DNA of 64,000 nucleotides from Paraphysomonas bandaiensis (Eukaryota; Protista; Chrysophyceae): NCBI GenBank assembly GCA_965644295.1, contig CBFFRP010000427.1, positions 62,001 to 126,000 of the forward strand, written 5' to 3'. Made by a program: the position numbers and the translations under genes. Position 1 is the stretch's first letter; every line of letters begins with the position of its first letter. Positions 38,333-50,619 of the stretch are shown here, in pieces. A model generated the notes under the pieces. That model searched no databases. It was not told the DNA's origin and saw only the letters and a list, made by a program, of their open reading frames with translations.

Positions 38333-39912
38333 ATGGTGGAAGTCGATGCGGCCGTGTTAGCTGCTGGAAGCACTGTCATAGCGGTGCTGTTGGGTGCCGT
38401 TATCTGCTTGAATTTACAGAGAAAAAAACACACACCTCAGTCTTCTAAACAACAAAAAAAACAATCAAAGAAGAAGTCAGATGCCGTTAAAGGGGAACGA
38501 AGAGAGGAGCGAGAGACATCCGCTGGGGCTGGAGTGAAAGTAAAGGCATCCGCGCCTATAGACCAGGAGACCAGTGAGCCTGCTGCTCCTGCTGTAGTCA
38601 GTAAAAGCAAGAAGGCAAAAGAGACCCCTGAGCAGAGAGCAGCTCGACTGGAGAGACAGAAGGTGGCCAAGCAAAAGAAGAAAGAGTCGGATGCTGTGGC
38701 TATCGTGGAATCTGTTACGTCAGTTGCGTCTGTGCCAGCTGTACCCGAACCAGTGGATCGCCCTTCCGTCCCTGCTGTGCAGTCAGATGGTTGGAATGTG
38801 GTGGAGGATAAACGTAAGCAGAAGCCCAAGAAGGCAAAGAAAGAAGATGTTGCAAGTGTTGTTGATGCCACTCCAGCCTCGCCTGAGCTGGTCACTGCGA
38901 AGGTTCCCGTCGATTCCAAGAAAATTGGCGCCCTCATCGGACCCAAGGGTGTTACCCTCCGGGCTATTCAAGAGGCTTCTGGAGCGACCATGACCATGCC
39001 TAAAGTGGACCGCGACGCTGGTCCTACAGCTGTGACACTAGTAGGCACAACAGAAGCTGTAAACAAGGCCACGGCTCTTATCAAGGAGATATGCTTGAAA
39101 GGCTATGCCGCCACCTTAGAGGGCGAGGACTTTCAGGAGTCCTCTATTACTGTTAACAGCATGTAAGTTGAGATATATCTCTATATGGCAAATGTTGCAA
39201 GTGTTTTGAAGAATGAATGCATGTGACAACTCGAAGTCACTCTTGCTTGTAACGTATTGTGTATTTATGCAGGTATTTATCAGAGATTATCGGGAAGAAT
39301 GGTTCAAGTATCAGGGCTCTGCAGGATAAATTGGGTGTGCGCGTGTCTGTCCCTAGTGGTGCTGGAAAGGACGACAAGGCCACAGTAAAAATTGGAATCG
39401 CTGGTCAACGCGAACACATCGCTCGCGCCAAAGAAGTTATTCGTGAGATTACACAGTACTTCCACAGCACCGTCACCCACCCTGGGCTTGTACACTCCGC
39501 CCTGGATATCCCCTCTCGTATGTACAACAATATCATTGGCGCTAAGGGTAGCGAGATTCGCCATATTCAGAACAACTTCAAAGTTGCAGTTCATATACCC
39601 AGCGCCCAGTCAGTAACGCAAAGCGTATTGGTTGTGGGAGAGCAGAATGGTGTCGACAAGGCAGTAAGGTATATACAAAAGATTGTAGCGCAAATCGGAG
39701 TCGAAGAGGCTGCTGCTGCTGATGTTGCAGAGGCTTGGAACGAGCAGTCTCGAGGCACTGATGAGGATTCAGGAGATGAGGAGTGGATGGCTAAGTACAT
39801 GTATGATCGGTCACAGAGTCAGAAACCTGTCTCTCTTCTTGGGACGGCCGAGGCGAAGGCTGAAGCAGAGACGAATGCTTGGAAGCAGAGCACAGATGCG
39901 GAGGGTTGGTAG
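38333..39912 (+). CDS. N-terminally membrane-anchored protein with three KH domains
   Basis: Hydrophobic N-terminal segment, Lys-rich linker, GxxG loops IGPKG, IGKNG and IGAKG; intron 39163-39272. Confidence 0.85.
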
Positions 39913-42205
39913 TACGAGATATTCATAGTACATTTGACACGCACTCACCCTGTAGATGAGCGCTCTGCACAGTTTCATAGATGATCAAGACGTACAGTCG
40001 TGAAGTGGCTAGCTTCGTGTAGGATGCAATGATGCTGAATATATCTGTCAACACATAGCAGTACTGTGCGATATAGCTATTCAAGCTAAAACTAATTATC
40101 ATGATATTCTAAGCATTGTCAGAACTAGTTTAGCAGTAAACGAATATCGCTACCTCTATATTGTAGATAGTACCTCTACATTGTTGAATTTCGCTTAACC
40201 TTGGGCAATTAAAGCTGTAGTTTAAGATTTAAGATTATTAAATTGTGGTCGTTAGTGAAAAATGCATCAGTTAGGTATGGGTTTATCCCAATTTTGTCTC
40301 AATAAAGCTTCTTTTGACTTGATTTGGGCTCAACAGAGCGCTCATATTAGCACCTGGAAAATGTAGACATTCAACCTCAATATTCGGTTCAGCAAAGCTC
40401 ACTTCTATCTTAATTATGATATTGAAAGTCAGGAGTATGTATGTGATTTCATTATATTACACAATTGTAGTGAAACCACAATCATGAGTCAACTACTCAA
40501 AGCTGATCATCAAACACTCCAAGTTTTATTCCATCCTTCGTCTGCCGTAGAAGATCATAATATCGTCAGTGCAAGGAGCGATGTACCTTGGCAAGAACAA
40601 CTATATATAGAAATTAGGGGGTTCATTATTTGAGTTGATCTATTGTGCAATTGCTAGATTTGAAACAATATGACTTCTCATTTGTTTTCTTAATGTTAAT
40701 CAGGGAACACCTATTTCTTCTTACAGCAAGCAAGCTACATATAGCTATACAATCTAATAATAAGTGTACAACATCATAAGGAAAAGCTACAATCTAACCA
40801 TTTAACCTAGGTATATGGAGTATCTCCCCTTGTCTAAATTTTAAAACTCGGGCTTTTTGCCCTCGTTTCAAAATTTTGAGGGCGGGACAATATAGCGTCC
40901 TTATTGCCCGTGGTTAAATAGAACTATTGTTGAGTTCTGCAGTATGATGCGATATAGGTTGTGCAATTGAAGTGAGTTAATAGTGTGCAATTGGTTAAAT
41001 CAACTCATAGGCTTAACGGGTAAATATAGTTACAAAGTAAGAAAATTCGGTTACTGATATGTGACTATGTAAGATATAGGAGTGACATGTGAAGATATAT
41101 TAACAGATGATCACCAGATGTTACATGCATATGTTGTGAATTGCTTAAATTAATAGTTTTAATTCGTACTTGATTTTGTGCAACAAACCTAGGTTAAGGT
41201 TTGCATGTGGAGCAAGGTTAACTTCAGCAGTGTGGGAATTTACTAGCAACGGCCGAATACATCACTGAATATGCTGTATTTGGAAGAGTCCTATGGAGAC
41301 GGCTGGAATGGGGGATACTACAGTCTCTACTCACTTCGAGGGGTCTATTCAGACTGGAACGAGTGGATCACACCAAATCTGCCAACCAAGTGACTGCTCA
41401 GTTTTCATTTTAGGAGCATCGGGATCTGTCTCCTTGGTGGTTTACATTTACACTCTATTGGGGTTGACATGTTCCCGCCTGTATTAAACTAATATATAAT
41501 GGCTGTATATGATTGTGACTGTGTTTGATTGGCTGTAGCGGAGCTAATCAGTATAGCAAGTTGCAATGAATATGTAAACTATTGAGAGCTTTACTACTGA
41601 CTGCCACGTTAAGTGGCATTACGAGATAGATTTAACCAAACGCCAGGCCTTCGATTCCCATAACTTATTATCTCTTAAAATACAAGTTGAAACTCATGTA
41701 TGTCATATTAGAACGACAGATTAAAGTGTTTGCGAGTGCAACACATAACGGCTGAAGAAATAACAGCATCGTGATCACGCTTCAGAAACTTTTTATTCGA
41801 CAGGTCTCCAGCTGCTAAAGTATAATACCCGTAACATTCTCACCATAGTCTTTGTGTTGATTGAGGCATTTGTGGTCGGTGTGTTTAGTAGTTGTATCTT
41901 TTCTTTTTTACGAGAATGAATAATAATTTTGATGCACTTGTCCACCTGTGTATCTGCCTGTGTACCGTGCAGTCTGCGGGCATGTACAGAGGAGTTCGTA
42001 GTTCATGGTGTATTCCACGGTATTCCTGTGTCCAGTTGTAACAGCACGTCCAGATGATCAGTGCATAAATGCAGCACAGTATCCATAAACATACAGCTAT
42101 TTCCAGATATATATAGACACTACAGAGCCAATGAGAGGTTCAGTGTGGCAGTAATCCTAATGACTTCTTATTATAGCGGATCTCTTATAATATGTAATCT
42201 TTAGT

Positions 42206-44180
42206 ATGGGGTCTGGTGTATCGAAAACCAATGCCCTGCCATCAAGAGAGAACAGCTCTCACAGCAAATCATACTCGAGCAAGAAACAGGGGCCCACAGA
42301 TAGGAGAGTGAGCGTTTATTTCGGGTCTCAAACGGGAACGGCGGAGGAGTTTGCACGGGTGGTCGTATCGGAGGCTCTGAATAGCGGATTCGATGCCAAA
42401 CTGATTGATCTTGAAGACTATCAACCGGAGAAACTCAAGTCCTGTCATCTGGCTGTGTTCTTGGTAGCTACCTATGGTGAAGGAGGGCCAACTGACAATG
42501 CATCTAGATTTCTGGAATGGTTGGAAAACGAAGATGGCAATATTGGTGGCGATTATTTGTCGCAACTTGATTTTTGTGTATTCGGTCTCGGCAATTCTCA
42601 ATATGAGAATTACAATAGAATGGGACGTTTCGTTAATGAAGGCTTAGAGAGGCTTGGTGGGCGACGGGTATTCAAATATATGGAAGGTGATGACAATGGA
42701 ACACTTGAGGAAGATTTTGAGTCTTGGAAGGCAGTTTTTTTTCCTGCAATGGTGGAGAAATATCAGGGCTCTGGTGACGAGATTGAAGACACACGCACAA
42801 CTAATGCTGCCCTCAGGTTTCGCTGCATACCATGTGCTCCTGCATCTCCAGTTATCCCCAATACGGACTTGTTTAACTCTTCTACCAAACACTTCTTCAA
42901 CTCCGTTGAGGCGACCGTAACATGCAACCGCGAGATGCGTACACCTGAAGATGGGGGGCACACCATTCATATGGAGCTAGATATTAGCGGGACTGACTTA
43001 AGATATTACACGGCTGATAACTTAGCGGTAATTCCAGATAACTCCGTTGAGGTTGTGGAGATGTTTTCCAAGTGTTGTGGAGGATTTGATCTTGACCAGT
43101 ATATCGATATTAAATCTGTCGTTCCCGATCCCAAGGATGGGGACTCCTCTGTTGCCTCAGCTTTTCAGCATCCATTTCCGACCCCATGTACTATTCGTGA
43201 GATATTCACCCGCTTCCTGGCTATTGACAGTATTCCTCGCAGGAGTACCATCGAAAAATTGGCCGCTTACTTGACTGACGACAAACAGGTCTCATGGCTC
43301 GTGGACATCGTGTCCAAGGAATCAAAAGATACCTTCACTTGTAAGATTGAAGAAGAAGGTCGAACCTATGTATCTCTTCTCTCGAAAGAGCTATCGTCCT
43401 GTTTAATTCCACTGGAGGATTTACTACACATCTTACCCACTATTCAGCCGAGGTACTACACTATCGCCTCGTCCAGCACGTGCTACCCTTCCAGTGTTCA
43501 TCTAACCGTCAGTGTTATGGAGCGAATAGCACCATCTGGGACTAAAGTGCAAGGTTTTTGTTCTTCATTTCTTCATGGATTGGTTCCAGGGCATGGAAGG
43601 TGTCGAATATTTACCAGAGAATCTGTTTTTCGTCTGCCACCCAATATCTTGACTCCAATTATTATGATTGGGCCAGGGTCTGGTATCGCTCCCATGCGAG
43701 CACTTCTTCAAGAGAGAAAGTTTCGAGCTGACCGAGAAGGTGTGCCAATCGCAGAAGTTACAAATATTCTATACTTTGGATGCAAGTCTCGAAATCGTGA
43801 TTTTCTATACCAGGAGGAGCTAATTGCTGCTGTTGCTGATGGTCGTCTGACGTCGCTCAAACTGGCCTTTTCTCGAGAACAGAGAGAGAAGATATACGTT
43901 CAGACCATTATGACAGAAGAAGAAAATGCATCCGAGTTGGCAAATCTAATTGTTGACAGAGGAGCACATGTCTTCCTCTGTGGTGGTACTGCCATGGGAC
44001 AATGTGTTCAAGAGACCCTCACACATATACTTTCTGAGCGAAAAGGTGCGTATTGTTATATTTTGTAAGGCAGTGTGATTGATGTAAGTAAATTTAGGAA
44101 TGACTATTGATGAAGCTTCCGCTTTTCTTAAAACAATGCAGAATAACAAGATATATAAGCGGGAATTGTGGTCTATATAG
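42206..44180 (+). CDS. NADPH-cytochrome P450 reductase-like diflavin oxidoreductase
   Basis: Flavodoxin motifs GSQTGTAE, ATYGEG, FGLGN; FAD motif PRYYTI; NADP motifs GPGSGIAP, YFGC, AFSR. Intron 44046-44097 gives the C-terminus RELWSI. Confidence 0.9.
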
Positions 44181-44525
44181 GATACAACCGAAGTGTGAAG
44201 TGTTAAATTAGAGATGTGAAATATTTTTTTTTTAATCTAGAGTAGAGATTATTCGCTTCAATTATGAAGATTGTGCAAGTATTATAGATGATAAAGCTTT
44301 AAACAATCTTCCATTGGTCAGAAGTCGTAAGAAATAGAAATTCTGCAGTTGCTAGTGTTTTCTACGTGTCTTTCCACAATAAATCATCGACTTAGAAGCA
44401 AGGAATAACTTATACACTATGTCGTCGAGAAAGTATAGGTGAAATAAATCCCTTGGATCATGTCTTACTCCAAAATATACAAACACACTAAATTACTGAA
44501 TTAATACGTACATAACCTCGCGTTC

Positions 44526-44552
44526 TAAGGTTAGGGTTTAGGGTTAGGGTTA
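44526..44552 (+). repeat. Short interstitial telomere-like tract
   Basis: taaggttagggtttagggttagggtt (TTAGGG and TTTAGGG units). Confidence 0.55.
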
Positions 44553-45389
44553 ATTATTCGTATACGACGACACAAGATAGTATTGTGCTATGGAATGACT
44601 GGTAAACATTTAATTAACAATTAGATGCGAAGGAGAGCAGATGTTGCATGAACGTATGTGCAGAGTTTACTTTAATAAACACAACTAATTCTTGAAAGTG
44701 TGTCTTATACTTATTTCTGAGCTACAATGCGAGTTTAAGGTTTACTTAGAAACATATTAACTTCACTGCTAAGCATTTTATCTTACAGCTATTGCAATTT
44801 TGTACAGCTCTAGTACTTTCGCCTAAGTGAGATTTCAAACGCTGATACCTTTCACTTCAAATTCACTAGTGTTTAAACATTCGTTCTCTTCTCGTCACAG
44901 AAATAGTTGTCGTAAGTAGCAATTACTTGTCTATCTGAATTATTCGACAGCAATATTAACTCAATTTTACTATCATATCTATAATTATTGGCGCTTTAAC
45001 GAACGGGTCACGTTAATGTCTTCGGTAATCCACGCTTTCCCAAGAATAGCAGAGCTTTAAGTAGTACATGATATAGAAAATATAAATATACGAATTTTAT
45101 GAATTGCTATCCCCATCGACTCTATCAGTGCGAATGAGGGGCGCGCATGTCCCTCTTCATTTCCATGTCACAACTGCTCTTGGGGTGAGTTATGGGAGAA
45201 GCACCAATGAGAACACATTACCCGATTAGTCTTCGTGTATAGAACAGTCGTGACTTCCCAGTGTCATACAAACGAAATCATTACTGCAACGGCTAGCTTG
45301 CCCATCAACATGATACGCATTAAGCGTTGCATTTCAGAATTATCGAGTGCACTGTGCTCCCTAAGCCTAATTCGCGTGTCGACTCCCAA

Positions 45390-46430
45390 ATAGAAGATGC
45401 CACGCAGTAGAGTCTGCTATTTCGCTGTGATCAACGGACGCTGGAGGCCTACACAGCCCTCAGAGACCAACGCTACGGTCACAATCCTGACCGGGCTCCT
45501 GGATACTGGAAAGACAGCGGAGCACTACTTCCGCACAAACTGGCGCAAGCAGATGGTGGACCATCAAAGGACAAAGTGGGTTCCCACCTGCGCCAGCGAG
45601 TACTCAATGCAGCACTGACATGGGACAAATCCTTCAGCATAGGAAGAAACCGGGCGAAAACCAAACACGGACTCGACATGGCTAAAGCCGCATGTGCTGA
45701 CAGCGGATTTAGACTAGACTCACTCAAGCATATGTGTCTAGACTGTACAAATGACGCCATAACGCAGATAAGGGAGTCTGCATTTCACAGCCACAAAAAC
45801 GCGCTTCAAGAAGAACTGAGAAATCCGGAACTACCCCAATGGACCACCACTGTACTCCAGCGGCTCTCCAGCAGGACCTGGAACCCTTCCGTGCCACATG
45901 TGGAGAGATTCTGGACGGGTACCATCACAACTATACAGCTTGAAATGGTTTTTGGAGATCACATCCATGAGTCACTGACATCCCAAGGACTGCGCAGCAT
46001 CGAATCAGCGGTGATCAGATTACTTCTACCGCTTTTCGCTGCAGCGAAGCTAATGATCCAAGATCGAAGTAGACGATACGTTACCCTACAGAAAGGTCCC
46101 CCAAGGCTACTACCGCGGCCGCGTCCAAAACACAGACAGAAATGGAAACGCCCAAGGGTGCTAAGATTACTAGGAATCCACAGACGAACCGAGACTGGAA
46201 CACCACCCCCCGCACATATGAACCCCACCAACCATACACAAAGGACCATAGTACCGGACCGTATGAAACCATCAGGCCCTAGACAACGGCGACGACGTCT
46301 CCGGCAACTCCACCTATGCCTAACGCCCAGACGGTGCACGGCGACACCGCCACATTCCACCACACCGTCAACCTCTCAGCACACACATCTAGTGTTCGAT
46401 ACACTCAGGATGGTATCATCTAGAACCCGT
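45390..46430 (+). mobile_element. LINE ORF2 C-terminal fragment
   Basis: ORF 45576-46445 with CADS..HMCLDC..QIRESAFH and VERFWTG, homologous to 8361-8927; its 3' part matches 29831-29970. Confidence 0.8.
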
Positions 46431-46558
46431 GCAAGTCAATTGTAGCTGCACCTCATTCAGATCTGGATATCAAGCAACACGCCACTGGGATCTTTGTGAC
46501 GAACTAAGTGTTTATATTACCCATATGTGTCACGCAGTTCTGCAGTGTTGAGGAGTGT

Positions 46559-46630
46559 GCCTTGATAGCTTAGTGGTAGAGCACTGCACTTGTAATGCAG
46601 AGGTCCAGGGTTCGACTCCCTGTTAAGGCT
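46559..46630 (+). tRNA. tRNA-Thr (TGT)
   Basis: Acceptor gccttga/ttaaggc, anticodon stem ctgca/tgcag with loop ctTGTaa, GGTTCGACTCC T-arm, followed by a T-run Pol III terminator. Confidence 0.95.
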
Positions 46631-47372
46631 TTTTGGTTGTTTTTGGCTACTGTTTTTCAAGACACAGATTTCAGAATTTTTCTATTGGATACTGCTGTAA
46701 ACCCCCCATTTTATCATAAAAACATGACAGTATGGATATCATGCATAAGGCGCAGAGAGGGGCAGGACTCCTAGCAGGAGGTCGGGGACTGTTTGACAGC
46801 ATTGAACGGAAATTTGCAGTCAGTTTCGTCAGTGTTTGACTGCTCTGACATCCTCTGTGTGCATCGATACTGAGCAGCGCACACTCACAGCTGGAATCAC
46901 TCCTAATCAAGAACCCCTGTGACAACCAGAGTCTGCTGGACTGTTTACTGTGATTTCTCTCTGGGTCAGACCGCAGTATTAGTCGATGAGTTGAGGCGGG
47001 AGAACCACTTGGATTAGCGGTGGGTTTCTTTGTCTGTTATTGGCCGTTTCGCCTCGACAATGAGGTTGTTGAAGCCAACGGATGTGTGGCTACTGATTTG
47101 ACTCTTGAAATGGCTCGCAGATATGAGCATGCGGTGCGGGGGAACTAAGAGCAAACCTTGAACTGGACAGTGGGAGTATACTGCTGTTTTCGCTAGTTTC
47201 TGCCATCCCAACGTGTTAAGGCCTGAAAATCAATCCGAAACGACACTGTAGTTGTTTCTATTTCATCTGATTAGATTGGTGGTATGAAGAAATACTCCTA
47301 TCAATAAGAATGCGAAATAATTTAATACAACGGCAGAGGAACAGAGAAACTGCAAGTTGTGTCTATTCAGTA

Positions 47373-48052
47373 CAGAGTCTGGTAACCGCTAATGATAATT
47401 GCGTTAATGGTAATGCCATTATAATCGCCGGGAACTGGGCACCCACAAATGGGCCATTGATGGCATTTACTTGTACTTGATATACGCTATAAAGAAATGA
47501 AGTGTTTTAAAGATATAGTATCTTCTCTATACTCCAAAAAAACTCTAAACAATGTTAAGCAATGTTCATGCAACTCTACAGCTACTTTGTGGCAAAGGGA
47601 GCTCGACTTAGTACCTATGAGTCCAACTACCGCAACTTGCTTCATATCGAAGCACAATCTAATGTTGTCGAGAAGATCTTTAGTTGTGCAGTGTTGGTTA
47701 TGACACCTGAGCGTAGAAACATTAATCCATATAGTCCAGAGTCGTTGCTATCCCTAAAACCCAATCACATGTTGTGGGATGCTAACATTCTTCATGAAGC
47801 CCAGCAAGAAGATCCTGAAGTGCCAGTTGAGAGCGAAAATGATGATGATATGTAGATACGATTTGTACACAGTTACTTCACTAAATTAGTTATTGAGGAA
47901 GCACCACACTATCTATTATAAGCGGTATTATCTACTTAGGTATTAATGCCCATTAATGCCATAATAATTACCGGGACATTTTTCATTAATGGCATTATAA
48001 TTGCCGGTAACTGCATTTCCATTACTGGGCAACTAATGGTTACCAGGCCTTG
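47373..48052 (+). mobile_element. Non-autonomous hAT element
   Basis: Imperfect TIRs cagagtctggtaacc / ggttaccaggccttg, TSD attcagta/attcaata, hATC remnant SNVVEKIFS. Confidence 0.8.
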
Positions 48053-48072
48053 ATTCAATATATGGTTAAGCA

Positions 48073-48478
48073 GTAGTGAATGTCTGACTATTAGCAATAT
48101 AAAGGCGTTTAAGAGTCAAAACTAATGTAGCAAAATAATTAACTACCTAGTGCTTAAATTAGATATCCTACTATTTAACGCTACGAAAGCTGCTTGTGCG
48201 TCACCGCAAGCGCCAAGGTGCAACCACTTTTGCTCTCTGTCGTTAAGGTGAACAGCCCGGATGCTTGACTTCAGTAGGCAACCAATACCCCGGTAACCCT
48301 TGAGGTGGGCCCATTCCCGATATCCTGTTCATTCGTCAAGGCCTAAAGATGTCTACACAAGCATTCGACTATGAGTGGGCAGAACGTTATTGCTGACTAT
48401 ACATGCGGCCGACGTTAGTTTTCCAGAGAATTATCTCCGGTACTTATCCCCCATAATACCACGAAAAGGTGCGAGGTC
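48073..48478 (-). mobile_element. SINE-like retroposon (family 2)
   Basis: Head ctcgcaccttttcgtggt, shared body, tail ending gacattcactact. Confidence 0.8.
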
Positions 48479-48657
48479 ATAACCGTTACATCAATAATAC
48501 AGTATTATATGAATTTTTTTGATAGGCTATGAGATAGCATAGATACACTGAAATATTGAAATATATAGACTGTACAAGACCGACGATGACTATCTAATAT
48601 CTGATAGTATTGATGTATTGATGTTTTGATTGGTAGTTGAGATGATATAAATCTACT

Positions 48658-50181
48658 CAGGCTTGCGTAACCATTAATGGTAATGGCCATTAATGGCCTT
48701 CCCCCATAAAAAAGCAATTCATTAATGGCCATAAAAATGGGGGAGAGATGTAGTGCCCATTAATGGCCATTAATGGCAATATCCATTAGTTAGTATCCAG
48801 TTGTCAGCATCATGTAAGAATACGTGACAAGCCACGACCTTCCGGTGCATTATTAGTTATTAATATATTATATACGTATTTAAGTCATTTAAACAATCTG
48901 TTTTAAGAATTCATATAAATTCTATTGATGTGATAACATCACAATCATGTTGTGAATGTTAACATGAATTGATTGTGCCACCTTCTTTTCTAGTTTTAAA
49001 TTCACAGCCCAGCCACTTGTCAGCATAAGCAATAAGAACTTTATGTAATATATTATAATACAAGAAGGTAAAGATATGTAAAGACTGTGAGTATATAGTG
49101 AATAAAAGCAATAAACGGAGACTTTAATTTAAACGAGAAGAAATTACAACACGAGTGGCTCGATCATATTTGGTTACAAAATTCATCAAGGTTACGAAAA
49201 GTATCTGGTTATGCTGCTTGTCTTAGAAATGACACACGCTGGAACTCTGTCCATCATTCATGGAATCGGTATTTGTTACTTTCTCCTGTGTTGACTTGTG
49301 ATAATTTTAATGACGATGTTACTGACTTACTACCTTCTGTACCACAGCACCGACGGATCGCGCAAGTAACATCAGACCTTGCTAAGTGTAACGAAGTCGC
49401 ATTGATGCTGCAGAAATCGTCTGTAGATCATTATGTTGTGCGTAGCATGTTCGACAAACTTATTGAAAACTTTCCAGATATGGAACAGTATCTTGGTGCT
49501 AATGCTACCATTACAACTGACCCATTATTCGAGAGAGCTGTTGTGAAGATCCAAAGCCAACTGGAGAATACTCTGACTGTTGCAGAATCTAAAACCGTTA
49601 AGGGCTATCTCCTTGCGGCTCATAAGGATGACGATAGCAGTGGCGATGATGAAACGGGGGAAACAGGAGGATTTGCTGTGGATATAGTGAGAGAAGCTGT
49701 GGCAAAAAAGGCAAAGAACAGCAGGAGAGCCACTAAATATCGCTCCATGAATCATTTGGTGACGACTTCCAATATTGTTGAGCGATTATTTAGCAGAGCA
49801 AAACTTATTAGGAGAGACCAGCGCAAGCTAATGGAACCCCAACATTTGGAGCTGCTACTCTTTTTGCGTTGCAACAAATTCTTATGGAACGAAGTTACCA
49901 TTGATGATATTATAGTTGCTGATGATGTTTAAGAATATTGTTCGCATTAGCTATCTGACCTGACTGTAACATGGGAACGAACTGCTCATCATTGCTGTTA
50001 AATAGCTAGTACTTAGTCTAATTATTAACACTTTCCATTTACTTCTTTCTAAAGCAATAAAGCAATAGTAATCAAACCATAAATGGTCCATTAATGGCCA
50101 TAAAAATGGTGGGATTTTTAAAATTAATGGCCATAAAAATGGGGGAAGCAAAGCGTCGCCATTAATGGTTACGCAAGCCTG
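48658..50181 (+). mobile_element. Internally deleted hAT transposon with intact ends
   Basis: Perfect 23-bp TIR caggcttgcgtaaccattaatgg, perfect 8-bp TSD aatctact, NDTRWNS motif and hATC domain TTSNIVERLFS (49273-49932), subterminal attaatggcc repeats. Confidence 0.95.
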
Positions 50182-50619
50182 AATCTACTGAATGACAATG
50201 AAGGATTCTATACTAATTCAAATTTTACTCATGGAATTGAATGAGTCCAGCGTTTAGTACATAAGTTATTTTACCACCCGAATGTCAAATTCACAATTAT
50301 TATATTTTTCAGAGTATTGAGTACTAAATAGAATTGCGATTACTAGTCATGTTAGAAAAAGCCACGCAATAACATATCACGGGGTTCACTATCGTAACAT
50401 TAAAATAGTAGCACCGCATCACAAAGTTATTACTAAATATTATGACCCACACGAGTGTACTTATATCGCAACGAATCTTACAGCACGACTGAAAGCTCAC
50501 ACTAGTATCGAAACTACAAAAAATGATAACGTGTACTACCTATTAGCTAGCTACATCATATTTATAATTGGTAAACAACATGGAAAATCCTAAATAGCTA
50601 TATCAACAAATATCCGGTT

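Noticed and set aside
40802-41197. ttaa-cctaggt..acctagg-ttaa as a piggyBac-like MITE
   Set aside because: Only a 7-bp inverted match and no second copy in the window.
48660-48790. Repeated attaatggcc units as a CRISPR-like array
   Set aside because: Short, irregular hAT subterminal repeats with no spacers or cas genes, in a eukaryotic context.
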